A stretch of 64,000 nt of DNA. It comes from Alphaproteobacteria bacterium (lineage in GTDB: Bacteria; Pseudomonadota; Alphaproteobacteria; Rs-D84). A program made the translations under genes and the position numbers. Under the pieces are notes generated by a model. The model did no database searches. It saw only the letters and a list, made by a program, of their open reading frames with translations, and was not told the origin of the DNA. This document shows, one piece after another, positions 41,001-50,520 of the stretch; position 1 is the first letter of the stretch; the number at the start of each line of letters is the position of its first letter. The stretch covers positions 5,128 through 69,127 of the forward strand of contig JAFQTD010000016.1 of assembly GCA_017409215.1 (NCBI GenBank), read 5' to 3'.

Positions 41001-41273
41001 TTAAACGGCCTTACACAATGTACAATCCACATAAAACGGCGTCACGTTATTAGGATTGTTGCATTCTGCACACAAGGGAACAATATAAACAGTGTCATCA
41101 AAACTTTCATATTTACGCACATGCGCCCCATGCTCTGCACGTTTCGTGCAACCACAACACGCACAATAAACAGCATGGTTTCCTGTTTTCTTTTCCCAAT
41201 ATTCCAACCAAGATGAATACAAAAATGGCGGATTCATATTGGCCGTTCTTCTTGCATTTATTACTTTGAACAT
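41001..41273 (-). CDS. Small Cys-rich HNH-like protein
   Basis: CACCGC...GAHV...YIVPLCAECN. Confidence 0.6.
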   Translation of the reverse strand: MFKVINARRTANMNPPFLYSSWLEYWEKKTGNHAVYCACCGCTKRAEHGAHVRKYESFDDTVYIVPLCAECNNPNNVTPFYVDCTLCKAV

Positions 41274-41610
41274 AATTTTACCTCCTATTTCAAAGCATTT
41301 TCACAAAAATGGAAAATCCTTTTGCGAAATGTAAAATTATGATAAAATTACACCGTACTCGAATCGGATTTTCCGGTTTATTTTCGTCTTCGGGTTCAGC
41401 GCTAACAAAAACCCGAAGGCGGAAGTTTAAAAATCAACATATAGTTTTTATTTCCAAACTTCACATACAACATATTGAGAAAAAGTGCAAAAATCTAGGT
41501 ATTTTTTTGCATTTTTAACACATTTTTTCCTTTACTTTTAAAAAGCTATGTTTTCCGCCCATCACAGACCTTCAACCTACTGAAAAACCAACGTTTTTTA
41601 TTCGTTTTTC

Positions 41611-41646
41611 AACTTGACTTACCTGTGTTTGTAAGCAGTAATTGCG
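41611..41646 (+). promoter_or_regulatory. Island-conserved promoter motif, copy 1
   Basis: AACTTGACT-N14-AGCAGTAATTGC. Confidence 0.65.
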
Positions 41647-41672
41647 TAACCTTATAAACACAGGAGTAAAAC

Positions 41673-41867
41673 ATGCCAAAATATCCAGAAATAACGGTAC
41701 CATTAACCAACCGCGATGGCAACGCATTCGCCATCTTAGGACGTTGCCAAACCGCACTACGTTTGGCAAAAAAGTTAGATAAATGGCCCGAATTTTATAC
41801 CCAGGCCACCAGTGGTGACTATACCACCCTACTAATTACAGTTATGAAATGGTTTACGGTGGAATAA
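41673..41867 (+). CDS. Small phage-like hypothetical protein
   Basis: DGNAFAILGR...SGDY..LL; AGGAG RBS. Confidence 0.7.
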   Translation: MPKYPEITVPLTNRDGNAFAILGRCQTALRLAKKLDKWPEFYTQATSGDYTTLLITVMKWFTVE

Positions 41868-42353
41868 ATGTCATATTATCACACATCAAAACCAGAAACA
41901 TTAGCCGAACTGCGCCGACTGCCATTTGCACAGCGCGCCACCATGTGGGAAAAGTACACAGGATATACATTCCATCGTCAAAATACTGCATTGTGGTATT
42001 ACATCCAATGCGAACGCAAAAAACTTAAAATCGCAGCTAAACACATCAATAAAATTCAAACATATATCAACAATCCAGACAAATGCCTGACACAAATACC
42101 CAAGAACCGATACAACCTACACCCAGGCAAAACGATGACCAAAGAATTTCACGGGACAACCCATAATGTATTGGTCGCTGACGGATATTTCCTGTATCAC
42201 GACAAAATGTACAAAACATTATCCGCTGTTGCACGTGCAATCGCGGGCTTCAAGGTATCTGGGCCCGACTTTTTCGGCCTTGTAAAAAGGAAATCACAAT
42301 GCAAAAAATTAAATGCGCAATCTATACCAGAAAATCCACAGAACATGGACTAG
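41868..42353 (+). CDS. DUF2924 domain protein
   Basis: L.PG....KEFHG..H.V.V..G.F.Y....YKTLSAVARAIAG...SGPDFFGL. Confidence 0.85.
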   Translation: MSYYHTSKPETLAELRRLPFAQRATMWEKYTGYTFHRQNTALWYYIQCERKKLKIAAKHINKIQTYINNPDKCLTQIPKNRYNLHPGKTMTKEFHGTTHNVLVADGYFLYHDKMYKTLSAVARAIAGFKVSGPDFFGLVKRKSQCKKLNAQSIPENPQNMD

Positions 42354-43873
42354 AACTAGAATTTAATTCCCTGCAAAATCAAGAAGAATCCTGTAAAGCA
42401 TATATCGCATCACAGGCATTTAATGGTTGGGAATATGTCAAAACATATTCAGACGCTGCAATTTCTGGTGGCACAATGTACCGGCCTGCATTACAACAAA
42501 TGCTGACTGATATGGCACATGGATTGATAAATACAGTCGTTGTGTACAAGGTCGACCGCCTATCACGTTCCATACTAGATTTTCACAAAATGATGCAATA
42601 TTTTGAAAAACACAATGCAAATTTTGTATCAATAACCCAATCATTTGACACATCAAATTCCATGGGCAAATTAACACTGAACATGCTGTTGTCCTTTGCC
42701 CAATTTGAACGTGAAGTATCCAGTGAACGTGTTCGCGATAAATTATATGCCAGCAAAGCAAAAGGAATGTGGATTGGCGGATTACCAACATTGGGGTACA
42801 ATCTGGAAGACAAAAAACTGGTTATCAACCCGACCGAAGCAGAAACAGTAAAACATCTGTTTGAAAAATATCTAGAATTAGAATCTGTGGTTGAATTGGC
42901 ACAATATGCACGAAAAAACGGGATAAAAAATAAATACTGGATAACACAAAACGGCACACCGCACGGTGGTGGGGAATTATACCCCAGCATTTTACATCGT
43001 CTATTGCGGGACAAAGTATACATTGGTAAAATCACACATAAAAAAACAAGTGAAGTGTTTGACGGAATACACAAACCAATAATCACCCAAGAATTGTTCG
43101 ATCAAGTCCAAAAAGTACTGGAAAAGAACGCAAATCATCGCCATAAAAACACACGCAGTTCCGCAAACCTACTAAGCAGAAAATTATTTGATGTAAACGA
43201 TTGCCGTTTCATAAATCAAATGACACTTAATCGCGGCAAAGGCGATAAATACTATTATGCAATCCCAGGCTTTTATATATCCGCCCCAACTGTTGATGAA
43301 ATCATAAGTACTAAAATCACAGATTTTTTGAACAGCGATATGAACACGTTGCCTGAATCCGCCAAAACAATCCTGAAAAGCATCGATATAAATACAATGC
43401 TGTTTGAACGCAAACGAGAATTGTTCAGAACGCTTATTGAAAAAGTTATTTATACGGACAACTTGTTAACCATATACTTGAACACAACCAACGAAAATCT
43501 AACCCAATATTCAACCACAGGTTTTATAAATCAAAATTTTAACACTATGGATTATACGATCGTCAATAACACAATCATCATAAAGGCGGCAATTATCATA
43601 CGCAAAACCAATCACAACAACGCAATTACTGTAACCCACAATAACCACCTAATAATGCATGCGATTGCAACCGCATTCAAATATCGTAAAATTTATGAAC
43701 AAACCGGCTCTATAACCCAAATAATGAAATCCGACAAAATATCAAACCGCACCGCATACCGCTATCTAAGTATTGCGTACATGAATCCAAATGTATTGAA
43801 CGAGATTATGGATGGCAAACTGGGGTGCAATGTTGATGAGCTGTATGCGCTGGCGGCAAAAAATCAATTATAA
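42299..43873 (+). CDS. Large serine recombinase (island integrase)
   Basis: CAIYTRKST; VVYKVDRLSRS; LLSFAQFERE; G.W.GG.P.LGY. Confidence 0.95.
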   Translation: MQKIKCAIYTRKSTEHGLELEFNSLQNQEESCKAYIASQAFNGWEYVKTYSDAAISGGTMYRPALQQMLTDMAHGLINTVVVYKVDRLSRSILDFHKMMQYFEKHNANFVSITQSFDTSNSMGKLTLNMLLSFAQFEREVSSERVRDKLYASKAKGMWIGGLPTLGYNLEDKKLVINPTEAETVKHLFEKYLELESVVELAQYARKNGIKNKYWITQNGTPHGGGELYPSILHRLLRDKVYIGKITHKKTSEVFDGIHKPIITQELFDQVQKVLEKNANHRHKNTRSSANLLSRKLFDVNDCRFINQMTLNRGKGDKYYYAIPGFYISAPTVDEIISTKITDFLNSDMNTLPESAKTILKSIDINTMLFERKRELFRTLIEKVIYTDNLLTIYLNTTNENLTQYSTTGFINQNFNTMDYTIVNNTIIIKAAIIIRKTNHNNAITVTHNNHLIMHAIATAFKYRKIYEQTGSITQIMKSDKISNRTAYRYLSIAYMNPNVLNEIMDGKLGCNVDELYALAAKNQL

Positions 43874-44050
43874 TCCCCACGAACTGGCAGTGCGAAAAAG
43901 CCCATTGGATGTAAATGGGGCTTTTTTATGCATTTTTGCATCCGCAAAAACACATCCGTTTGCACACATCAAAAAACATCACCCGCAACCCCGCAGAACT
44001 CTGGGATATAAAAAATAAACGTGTGCCGAACACACGTCTATTATTATCTC

Positions 44051-44127
44051 TGGTCGGGGCGAAAGGATTCGAACCTTCGACACCTTGGTCCCAAACCAAG
44101 TACTCTACCAGACTGAGCTACACCCCG
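44051..44127 (-). tRNA. tRNA-Pro(TGG)
   Basis: Reverse complement CGGGGTGTAGCTCAGTCTGGTAGAG...TT TGG GA...GGTTCGAATCC...CGACCA. Confidence 0.97.
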
Positions 44128-44225
44128 AGAACGACAAGTATTATAACAACTTTTTTTTCAAATGCAACTATTATTGTAAATTTTTATGCTTGTCTGAATG
44201 CATTAAGTTTTCTATGATATAAATA

Positions 44226-45209
44226 ATGAGAAAAAGAACCGCGATTTTTATTATCATATCAATTATTACAACGGCTGCCTGGGGCGCAACACGCGATGCG
44301 CAACTGACTGATACAACGCCATATAATTACAACTATATGTATCCGTATATGAATAATCAAATGCGTACAAACCTGAACCCTGGCACCATAAATTCGCAAT
44401 CACAAAACCCAATAAATACCGTTGTTAAAACACAACAATTGTCCGGGCAACGCCGGGTTGTTGCGCGCCCACATCTGGTGCATGGGGCGACACAAAACGC
44501 CAATTATCGGGCTGCGAATCGCCCCCTGCAAACGACCACGCAAAAAAATTCGTCTGCACGTCGGGTTGTGCCACGCCCAAACATTGCACGCAGTTCAATG
44601 CAAGCGCCCACCGCCCGTTCCGGTGTACGTGTGTATCGTGGTCGGTCCGGTCGGGACGAAAATACACTGCAACAACCAACAAGCACACAAGCACGAATGA
44701 GTGAGCCTGTGACAAGCCGTCAATCAAGTGTGCGCTGTATGGCAGATTATGCAGAGTGTATGAACCAATACTGCGAACGCCCAAAAACAGCATACAATCG
44801 TTGCTATTGCAGTTCAAAACTGTCACAAATCGATTATAAATATCAAAATGAAATTGATGCTCTTATCAAAAAGATATTAACCATTCAGGGAACAAACAAG
44901 TGGACAGATGACGAAATGAACGAATACTGGATGGAAACAATGGGGAAATATAGCAACAGCAATTCATGGACGAACATTGAAAGTGCGCTGAATATCGACT
45001 GGTCCAGTATGGAGAGTCGCGTACGCGGACAAACAGCATTTACAACAGGTCACGATTATTGTGTTCAACACCTGCGCGGTTGTTCATATATGGCATCTAA
45101 TTTACGCGATGCATACAAATCCGAAATCGGTCGCGATTGCGCAGCATATGAAGAATCGCTAATCCGGTTAAAGAATGTTGCAGAAAGCCTTGTTTCATCA
45201 AATCAATAG
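44226..45209 (+). CDS. Hypothetical secreted protein with Arg-rich linker and Cys-rich domain
   Basis: Signal peptide; C..DY..CM..YC.......RCYCS. Confidence 0.75.
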   Translation: MRKRTAIFIIISIITTAAWGATRDAQLTDTTPYNYNYMYPYMNNQMRTNLNPGTINSQSQNPINTVVKTQQLSGQRRVVARPHLVHGATQNANYRAANRPLQTTTQKNSSARRVVPRPNIARSSMQAPTARSGVRVYRGRSGRDENTLQQPTSTQARMSEPVTSRQSSVRCMADYAECMNQYCERPKTAYNRCYCSSKLSQIDYKYQNEIDALIKKILTIQGTNKWTDDEMNEYWMETMGKYSNSNSWTNIESALNIDWSSMESRVRGQTAFTTGHDYCVQHLRGCSYMASNLRDAYKSEIGRDCAAYEESLIRLKNVAESLVSSNQ

Positions 45210-45213
45210 TTGT

Positions 45214-45411
45214 TTACTTGTTATAGGTTTCGCATAATTTATTGTGTCGATAAATATTTCGCGCCAAGTCATCACTGATAATGTTCCAATCGCTGGTTCT
45301 GCCATAGATAGGCTGGCATACCAAACGCGCACAATCATTATTCTGCGATGGTGTATTTTTTGCGCAGGCAGTCACGAATATAATTAGTACTGTGATTAAA
45401 AGTTTCTGCAT
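45214..45411 (-). CDS. Small lipoprotein (o-spanin-like)
   Basis: Lipobox VTAC; overlaps the 3' end of the upstream ORF in another frame. Confidence 0.6.
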   Translation of the reverse strand: MQKLLITVLIIFVTACAKNTPSQNNDCARLVCQPIYGRTSDWNIISDDLARNIYRHNKLCETYNK

Positions 45412-45565
45412 TTATTTTCTCTTGAATCTTGATTATTTTCAACTGATTTGCAGATTTATTTTCCTGCACTTCAACCATAATTTGATGTCGCCCAATACGA
45501 ATACCGGCAAAAAAGACAACCGATATCGCGACAATACAAAAAATAACAAAATATCGTAACTTCAT
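45338..45565 (-). CDS. Small N-terminally anchored protein (i-spanin-like)
   Basis: N-terminal TM followed by a helical region; GGGGA RBS. Confidence 0.6.
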   Translation of the reverse strand: MKLRYFVIFCIVAISVVFFAGIRIGRHQIMVEVQENKSANQLKIIKIQEKINAETFNHSTNYIRDCLRKKYTIAE

Positions 45566-45653
45566 TATTTTCCCCTTTTTTTATTCCTAAAAAATACCGA
45601 CAATAAATCTATGTCGGTATTTTTTTTTAATAATATTGAGATATACACTATAA

Positions 45654-46733
45654 CTATTTCCAGGTCGTTGGGATATCTTCATAATCAGTCAATCCCGTAC
45701 AGCCATAATACATACCATCAACAGTTGAAAAATTACCATTGGTCCAACGTGTATATAAAAACTGCATAAAGGACTTATCTGCACTAAGAATCTTGGCAGA
45801 TAATCCCGATAAATTCACACAACCTTTGAACATATTCGAGAATGTTTTCGATTGTAAATCACCACTAAGTTCGCCAAACAAATACGTCGGTATTGTTGAT
45901 AAACTTGAGCAATTCTGAAATGTCTTGTAAAACAAGCCTGCTGTAAGTGTTCCTTTTAAGCCAGCAAACAGATAGTCAGGAATCTGTTTTAGGCTGGAAC
46001 AGCCATCAAACGTTGCATAAAACATATTTGATTTTGGTTGCCCGTAAACACCATCAAATAAATTATCCGATATAGATGTTAGATTTTTACAATCTGCAAA
46101 TGTAGCATAAAAATTGGGCTGAGAACCATTGTCAAGTGTACCAAAAACAGCACCCACAGAGCCATCAATCATGGCAATATTATTATTGTATTCAAAACTT
46201 ACTGCAGCCGTATTTGCGGTTTTACTGTATGCACTTGCCCGACCCGTAATTTTAATTTTATATTCATCGGCAATCTGATAATTATGTTCATATGTTGTAT
46301 CTGTTGTGCCGGTTTTTGTTATGGTTTTTGTTTCTCCATCCCCCCAATCAATAACAAAATTACCCGCTGCGCTGATTTCAAAGCTAAAATATGTGGTATC
46401 GGGTGTTGTAGTTATGATAACCGCTTTCTTTACCAGTGTGTCAACAGCCTGAATAGCGACAGTGGTATCTGCCGCCTGGGTCGTGGCATATTCACCATTA
46501 CCATAATCGGTTGTCTTGTTGTTATTTAGAATTTCATTCGTTGCATCTACTGCTGTCAGCAAATACTTCATATTTGCAACAGCCTTTACATTTTGTAATT
46601 CAGGATTATAAGGCAGTTCAACCCCCCAATTGCTTTTAATTAGATTGTGAATATATTCCACATTCGCAACCTGGGCAGCATGCGCCCCAACAAAGACAAA
46701 AAATGTAAAAATCGCAATAAATATTCTTTTCAT
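45654..46733 (-). CDS. Secreted surface protein with PKD-like (IDWGDG) and BspA-like leucine-rich repeats
   Basis: TF..C..L..IP..LF repeats; signal peptide. Confidence 0.75.
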   Translation of the reverse strand: MKRIFIAIFTFFVFVGAHAAQVANVEYIHNLIKSNWGVELPYNPELQNVKAVANMKYLLTAVDATNEILNNNKTTDYGNGEYATTQAADTTVAIQAVDTLVKKAVIITTTPDTTYFSFEISAAGNFVIDWGDGETKTITKTGTTDTTYEHNYQIADEYKIKITGRASAYSKTANTAAVSFEYNNNIAMIDGSVGAVFGTLDNGSQPNFYATFADCKNLTSISDNLFDGVYGQPKSNMFYATFDGCSSLKQIPDYLFAGLKGTLTAGLFYKTFQNCSSLSTIPTYLFGELSGDLQSKTFSNMFKGCVNLSGLSAKILSADKSFMQFLYTRWTNGNFSTVDGMYYGCTGLTDYEDIPTTWK

Positions 46734-46761
46734 AAACGCACACTTTTTCAACCTGGTCCAA

Positions 46762-47703
46762 TTATGGCAATGCAGGCGTATCTACATACAATTTGCCACT
46801 AACCGAATATTGTCCTTGCAACGTCTGTACCGCATCCTGTGATGTACCAACAAACGCATCTGACAGATTATCAAGACGATTGTTAAGGCCGTCAAGACGA
46901 TTGTTAAGGTCGTCAACCTCTGCCTTGTCTGCCTTGTTTGCGAACTGAGAATCCAAACCCTTTAACAAATCATACGATTGTGGCGCAACACCAGGCTGAA
47001 TCAAAGTCAGGATACCATTTTCATAGGTTATCTGAATCTGTTCGCCTGCAATTTCAGACAATCTTTCTTGCAATTCCAGAATACCGGCAGAATTTTCACC
47101 AACAACCCTATCAATTTCATCAATACGTGTCACCTCTGCGGATAAATTCGTCACATTATCTGATACAGTGGACACTTTTTCATCTAGGCTGGTCACAGTC
47201 TCATTTAGGCCAGTCACAGTTTCATCTAGGCCGGTCACAGTTTCATCTAGGCCAGCCACAGTTTCATCTAGGCTGCTCACAGTTTCATCTAGGCCGGTCA
47301 CAGTTTTTGCGATAGTATCGCCTATTTCAGAGTATCCAACAAAATTTTCCAAGGCGGCAACACTGTCCCGAACGACCTTTAAATCATCATCGCTTGCAAC
47401 ACCTGACAAGTCTGGGGTCACAGACGGCTTGGACGCAGAACCACTGATTGTACTGGCCCCGCCCAAATATTTACCAATTGACAACCTTGAATTTGATGCA
47501 ATACGTCCCACATTTGTCGCGCCATCGGCACGCACTGATGACGAACGAATATTTTTTGTTGTGTTTGCTTTGGCCGCTTGCGCCTTGTTCGAACCATCAA
47601 ATGTCCCCGCCCCACCCAAAGTACGCACAGATGGTGCCGCACCCAAGGAAAATGGGATAATAGTACAAATAAGAGCAATTGCTAAATTTCTTGTGCGGTT
47701 CAT
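46762..47703 (-). CDS. Secreted coiled-coil protein with heptad repeats
   Basis: Signal peptide; TVTGLDE about x6; LNNRLD x2. Confidence 0.7.
   Translation of the reverse strand: MNRTRNLAIALICTIIPFSLGAAPSVRTLGGAGTFDGSNKAQAAKANTTKNIRSSSVRADGATNVGRIASNSRLSIGKYLGGASTISGSASKPSVTPDLSGVASDDDLKVVRDSVAALENFVGYSEIGDTIAKTVTGLDETVSSLDETVAGLDETVTGLDETVTGLNETVTSLDEKVSTVSDNVTNLSAEVTRIDEIDRVVGENSAGILELQERLSEIAGEQIQITYENGILTLIQPGVAPQSYDLLKGLDSQFANKADKAEVDDLNNRLDGLNNRLDNLSDAFVGTSQDAVQTLQGQYSVSGKLYVDTPALP
47181..47305. repeat. 21-bp coding tandem repeat, about 6 copies
   Basis: catctaggccggtcacagttt and variants. Confidence 0.9.
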
Positions 47704-47811
47704 ATTGTTTTCTCCCCCTGTATTTTGTTTAATAATATCAAAAAATCGCATTTAGTGCAACAAATAAATAGTTTAAGACAACATAAAACCCGCACTAAGG
47801 CGGGCCTGTTT

Positions 47812-49080
47812 TTACTGATTCATCGAACTAAAAAAGTCCGAATTGGTTTTAGTTAGACGCAATTTATCCAACAGGAATTCCATTGCCTCTAGCGTTCCCA
47901 TCGGGTTAATTATGCGACGCAGGACATACATCTTGGACAAGACGTCTTTGCCCACCAACAAATCCTCTTTACGAGTACCTGATTTTGTAATATCAATCGC
48001 AGGATATACACGTTTATCCGACAATTTTCTGTCCAAGATTATTTCGCTGTTTCCAGTTCCTTTGAATTCTTCAAAGATAACTTCGTCCATTTTGGACCCA
48101 GTATCAACCAATGCAGTTGCAATAATCGTCAGCGAACCACCACCTTCGATATTACGCGCGGCACCAAAGAAACGCTTTGGACGTTGTAATGCATATGCAT
48201 CAACACCACCGGTTAAAACCTTGCCACTGGATGGGACAACCGTATTATATGCACGACCCAAACGTGTGATAGAATCCAACAAAATCACAACATCTTGACC
48301 AGATTCAACCAAACGCTTTGCCTTTTCGATAACCATTTCGGCAACTTGGATATGACGTGTTGCAGGCTCATCAAACGTAGAGGAAATAACCTCTCCCTTG
48401 ACACTGCGTTGCATATCCGTCACTTCTTCTGGTCTTTCGTCAATCAACAATACAATCAACTTAACATCAGGGTAATTTGTTGCGATACTGTGTGCAATAT
48501 TCTGCAACATAACTGTTTTACCTGTACGTGGTGGCGCAACAATCAAAGAACGCTGCCCCTTGCCTGTTGGGGAAATCAAATCAATTACACGTGCAGACAA
48601 ATTTCGACCTTTGTCAGAATCTTCTGGAACCTCCATCTTTAACTGCTCATCCGGATACAATGGGGTCATATCATCAAAAGACACACGATGCTTTAATTTT
48701 TCTGGACTATCACCATTGACACGTTCAATTGTTTCCAGTGCAAAATACCTTTCTGTCTCGGCTGCAGGTGCCTGAATTTGTCCTTCTACATAGTCACCGG
48801 TCTTTAAACCATATTTTTTTATCAAATTTGGCGAAACATATAAATCATCTGGTCCCGCTAGATAATTAGACTCTGGCGCGCGCAAGAACCCAAAACCATC
48901 TTGCATACGTTCCAGAACACCATCGCCAATCAATGTCACCTTTTTATCCGCAGCAAAGACACGCATCACAGCGAAACGTAGCTGCTGCACATTTAACTGT
49001 GCAGGATTTTCGATTCCCATATCTTCTGCCATCTTCAGCAATTGCTGTGGCGACTTTGCCTTTAATTCATTAATATGCAT
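47812..49080 (-). CDS. rho: Transcription termination factor Rho
   Basis: DGFGFLR; [17 protein letters not shown]; [12 protein letters not shown]; DSITRL. Confidence 0.98.
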   Translation of the reverse strand: MHINELKAKSPQQLLKMAEDMGIENPAQLNVQQLRFAVMRVFAADKKVTLIGDGVLERMQDGFGFLRAPESNYLAGPDDLYVSPNLIKKYGLKTGDYVEGQIQAPAAETERYFALETIERVNGDSPEKLKHRVSFDDMTPLYPDEQLKMEVPEDSDKGRNLSARVIDLISPTGKGQRSLIVAPPRTGKTVMLQNIAHSIATNYPDVKLIVLLIDERPEEVTDMQRSVKGEVISSTFDEPATRHIQVAEMVIEKAKRLVESGQDVVILLDSITRLGRAYNTVVPSSGKVLTGGVDAYALQRPKRFFGAARNIEGGGSLTIIATALVDTGSKMDEVIFEEFKGTGNSEIILDRKLSDKRVYPAIDITKSGTRKEDLLVGKDVLSKMYVLRRIINPMGTLEAMEFLLDKLRLTKTNSDFFSSMNQ

Positions 49081-49249
49081 AAATTTTTCCTTTTGGAGAT
49101 TGTTTCAGCGCAGAACAGCGCCATTTGACACGACATATATTACACTAAACTAACAAAAAAGTCAAGTATATTTCTGGGGCACGTACCAATAAACAAATTG
49201 ACAACTATATGCTTTTTGTGTATAAACACACAAGAAAAGGTTTGTTGTC

Positions 49250-50062
49250 ATGGCAAAAAAATTGAATAACGGCAAAGTGTTTTCCTGGAATATAAACAAT
49301 GTGAATAATTTTATCAAAGAAACAGATAACGACAAAGCTGTGCAGATTTCTTTGCAAGAAATACAGAAACAAGAAAAATTATTGGGACATGCCCCAAAGG
49401 TTTTAGAGGCCGGTTGTGGCAACGGTCGTGTTGTCGTTTGGCTTGGGATGCATGGTGTAAAAAACATTTGCGGCATAGAGGCCAACAAAGAAATTACGCA
49501 GGATTTTAAAATCAAATTTCCACAATTTGATGTTCGTTATGGCGATATAATGTCTTTGCCAAAAGATTTAAAAAACCATGATGTGGTTTTAAGTTATGGT
49601 GTTATTGAACACTTTTTAGACGGCCCACACAGACCCCTAAATCAAATGTATAAAGATTTGGCTGATTCTGGTGTTGCAGTTGTAACCATACCATTTCTTT
49701 CTGTATTTCGTAAAATAAAATATTTAATATATGAAGGCAGAAAATGGGATAAAAATAAATATCTTTATTGTCCAGAGTTTTACGAAAATGGCGAATTTTA
49801 TATGTATTTGCTTACAAAAAAACAGTTCCAAAATGAATTAAAAAATGCTGGTTTCAAGATTGTAAAATTTGCTTATACCGCACCAGAATGTGGCGTATTA
49901 GAAGCATTAAACCACAAAAACATACCAGGAAAATTTATATGGCGTGACGATAAAAGACATTTTCATTTCACATTTGTCGGCAGAATTTTGTACTTTATAA
50001 TGAAAAATATGCCATGGTGTTTTTCACATATACAGCTGTGTGTTTGCAAAAAAGTAATATAA
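49250..50062 (+). CDS. Class I SAM-dependent methyltransferase
   Basis: VLEAGCGNG; SYGVIEHF. Confidence 0.85.
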   Translation: MAKKLNNGKVFSWNINNVNNFIKETDNDKAVQISLQEIQKQEKLLGHAPKVLEAGCGNGRVVVWLGMHGVKNICGIEANKEITQDFKIKFPQFDVRYGDIMSLPKDLKNHDVVLSYGVIEHFLDGPHRPLNQMYKDLADSGVAVVTIPFLSVFRKIKYLIYEGRKWDKNKYLYCPEFYENGEFYMYLLTKKQFQNELKNAGFKIVKFAYTAPECGVLEALNHKNIPGKFIWRDDKRHFHFTFVGRILYFIMKNMPWCFSHIQLCVCKKVI

Positions 50063-50520
50063 ATACAAATCATATCCTACAGGTAATTGGTGTAAAAAAC
50101 ACTCGTTCACATAAGTGTTTTTTATGTTTTTCTTCATTTTGTTATCCATTGGCTGTTTTAAAGACACACAATCTATGCGTGGCACTTATTTTTGGGTTGC
50201 TTCTGACAAAAATTGATGTTGTGCCTGCGCGGCAACCGTTACGATTTTTGCAGTAGAAACCGCAAAAATCTACTTGTTGTCGAACCCTTGGGGGTTCTCA
50301 TCCAACCATCGCAACATAAAAATTAAATGCCTCATCAGGGCATTTGATTTTTATGGCGGAGTTGTAAGATTTGACGGTATTGGATATCCAATTTACAGGG
50401 ATTTGCAGGGAATTTTTGATATAAATCCCGCGATTTTTATGAGAAATGTAAGGCCCTAAATCAAAAATTGCATAAAACAACAGGGAATTATGGGTATAAA
50501 AAACCAAAATAATCAGAATA

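Larger units (their letters stand above)
28449..44062. mobile_element. Integrative island 1 at the tRNA-Pro 3' end (serine recombinase/DUF2924/ParB-MTase/DUF5681 family)
   Basis: 19-bp direct repeat ttatctctggtcggggcga at 28449-28467 and 44044-44062; a shorter copy at 28647-28656 may be the true end; recombinase sits next to the tRNA. Confidence 0.85.

Noticed and set aside
47181-47305. Possible CRISPR array
   Set aside because: 21-bp coding heptad repeat with no spacers
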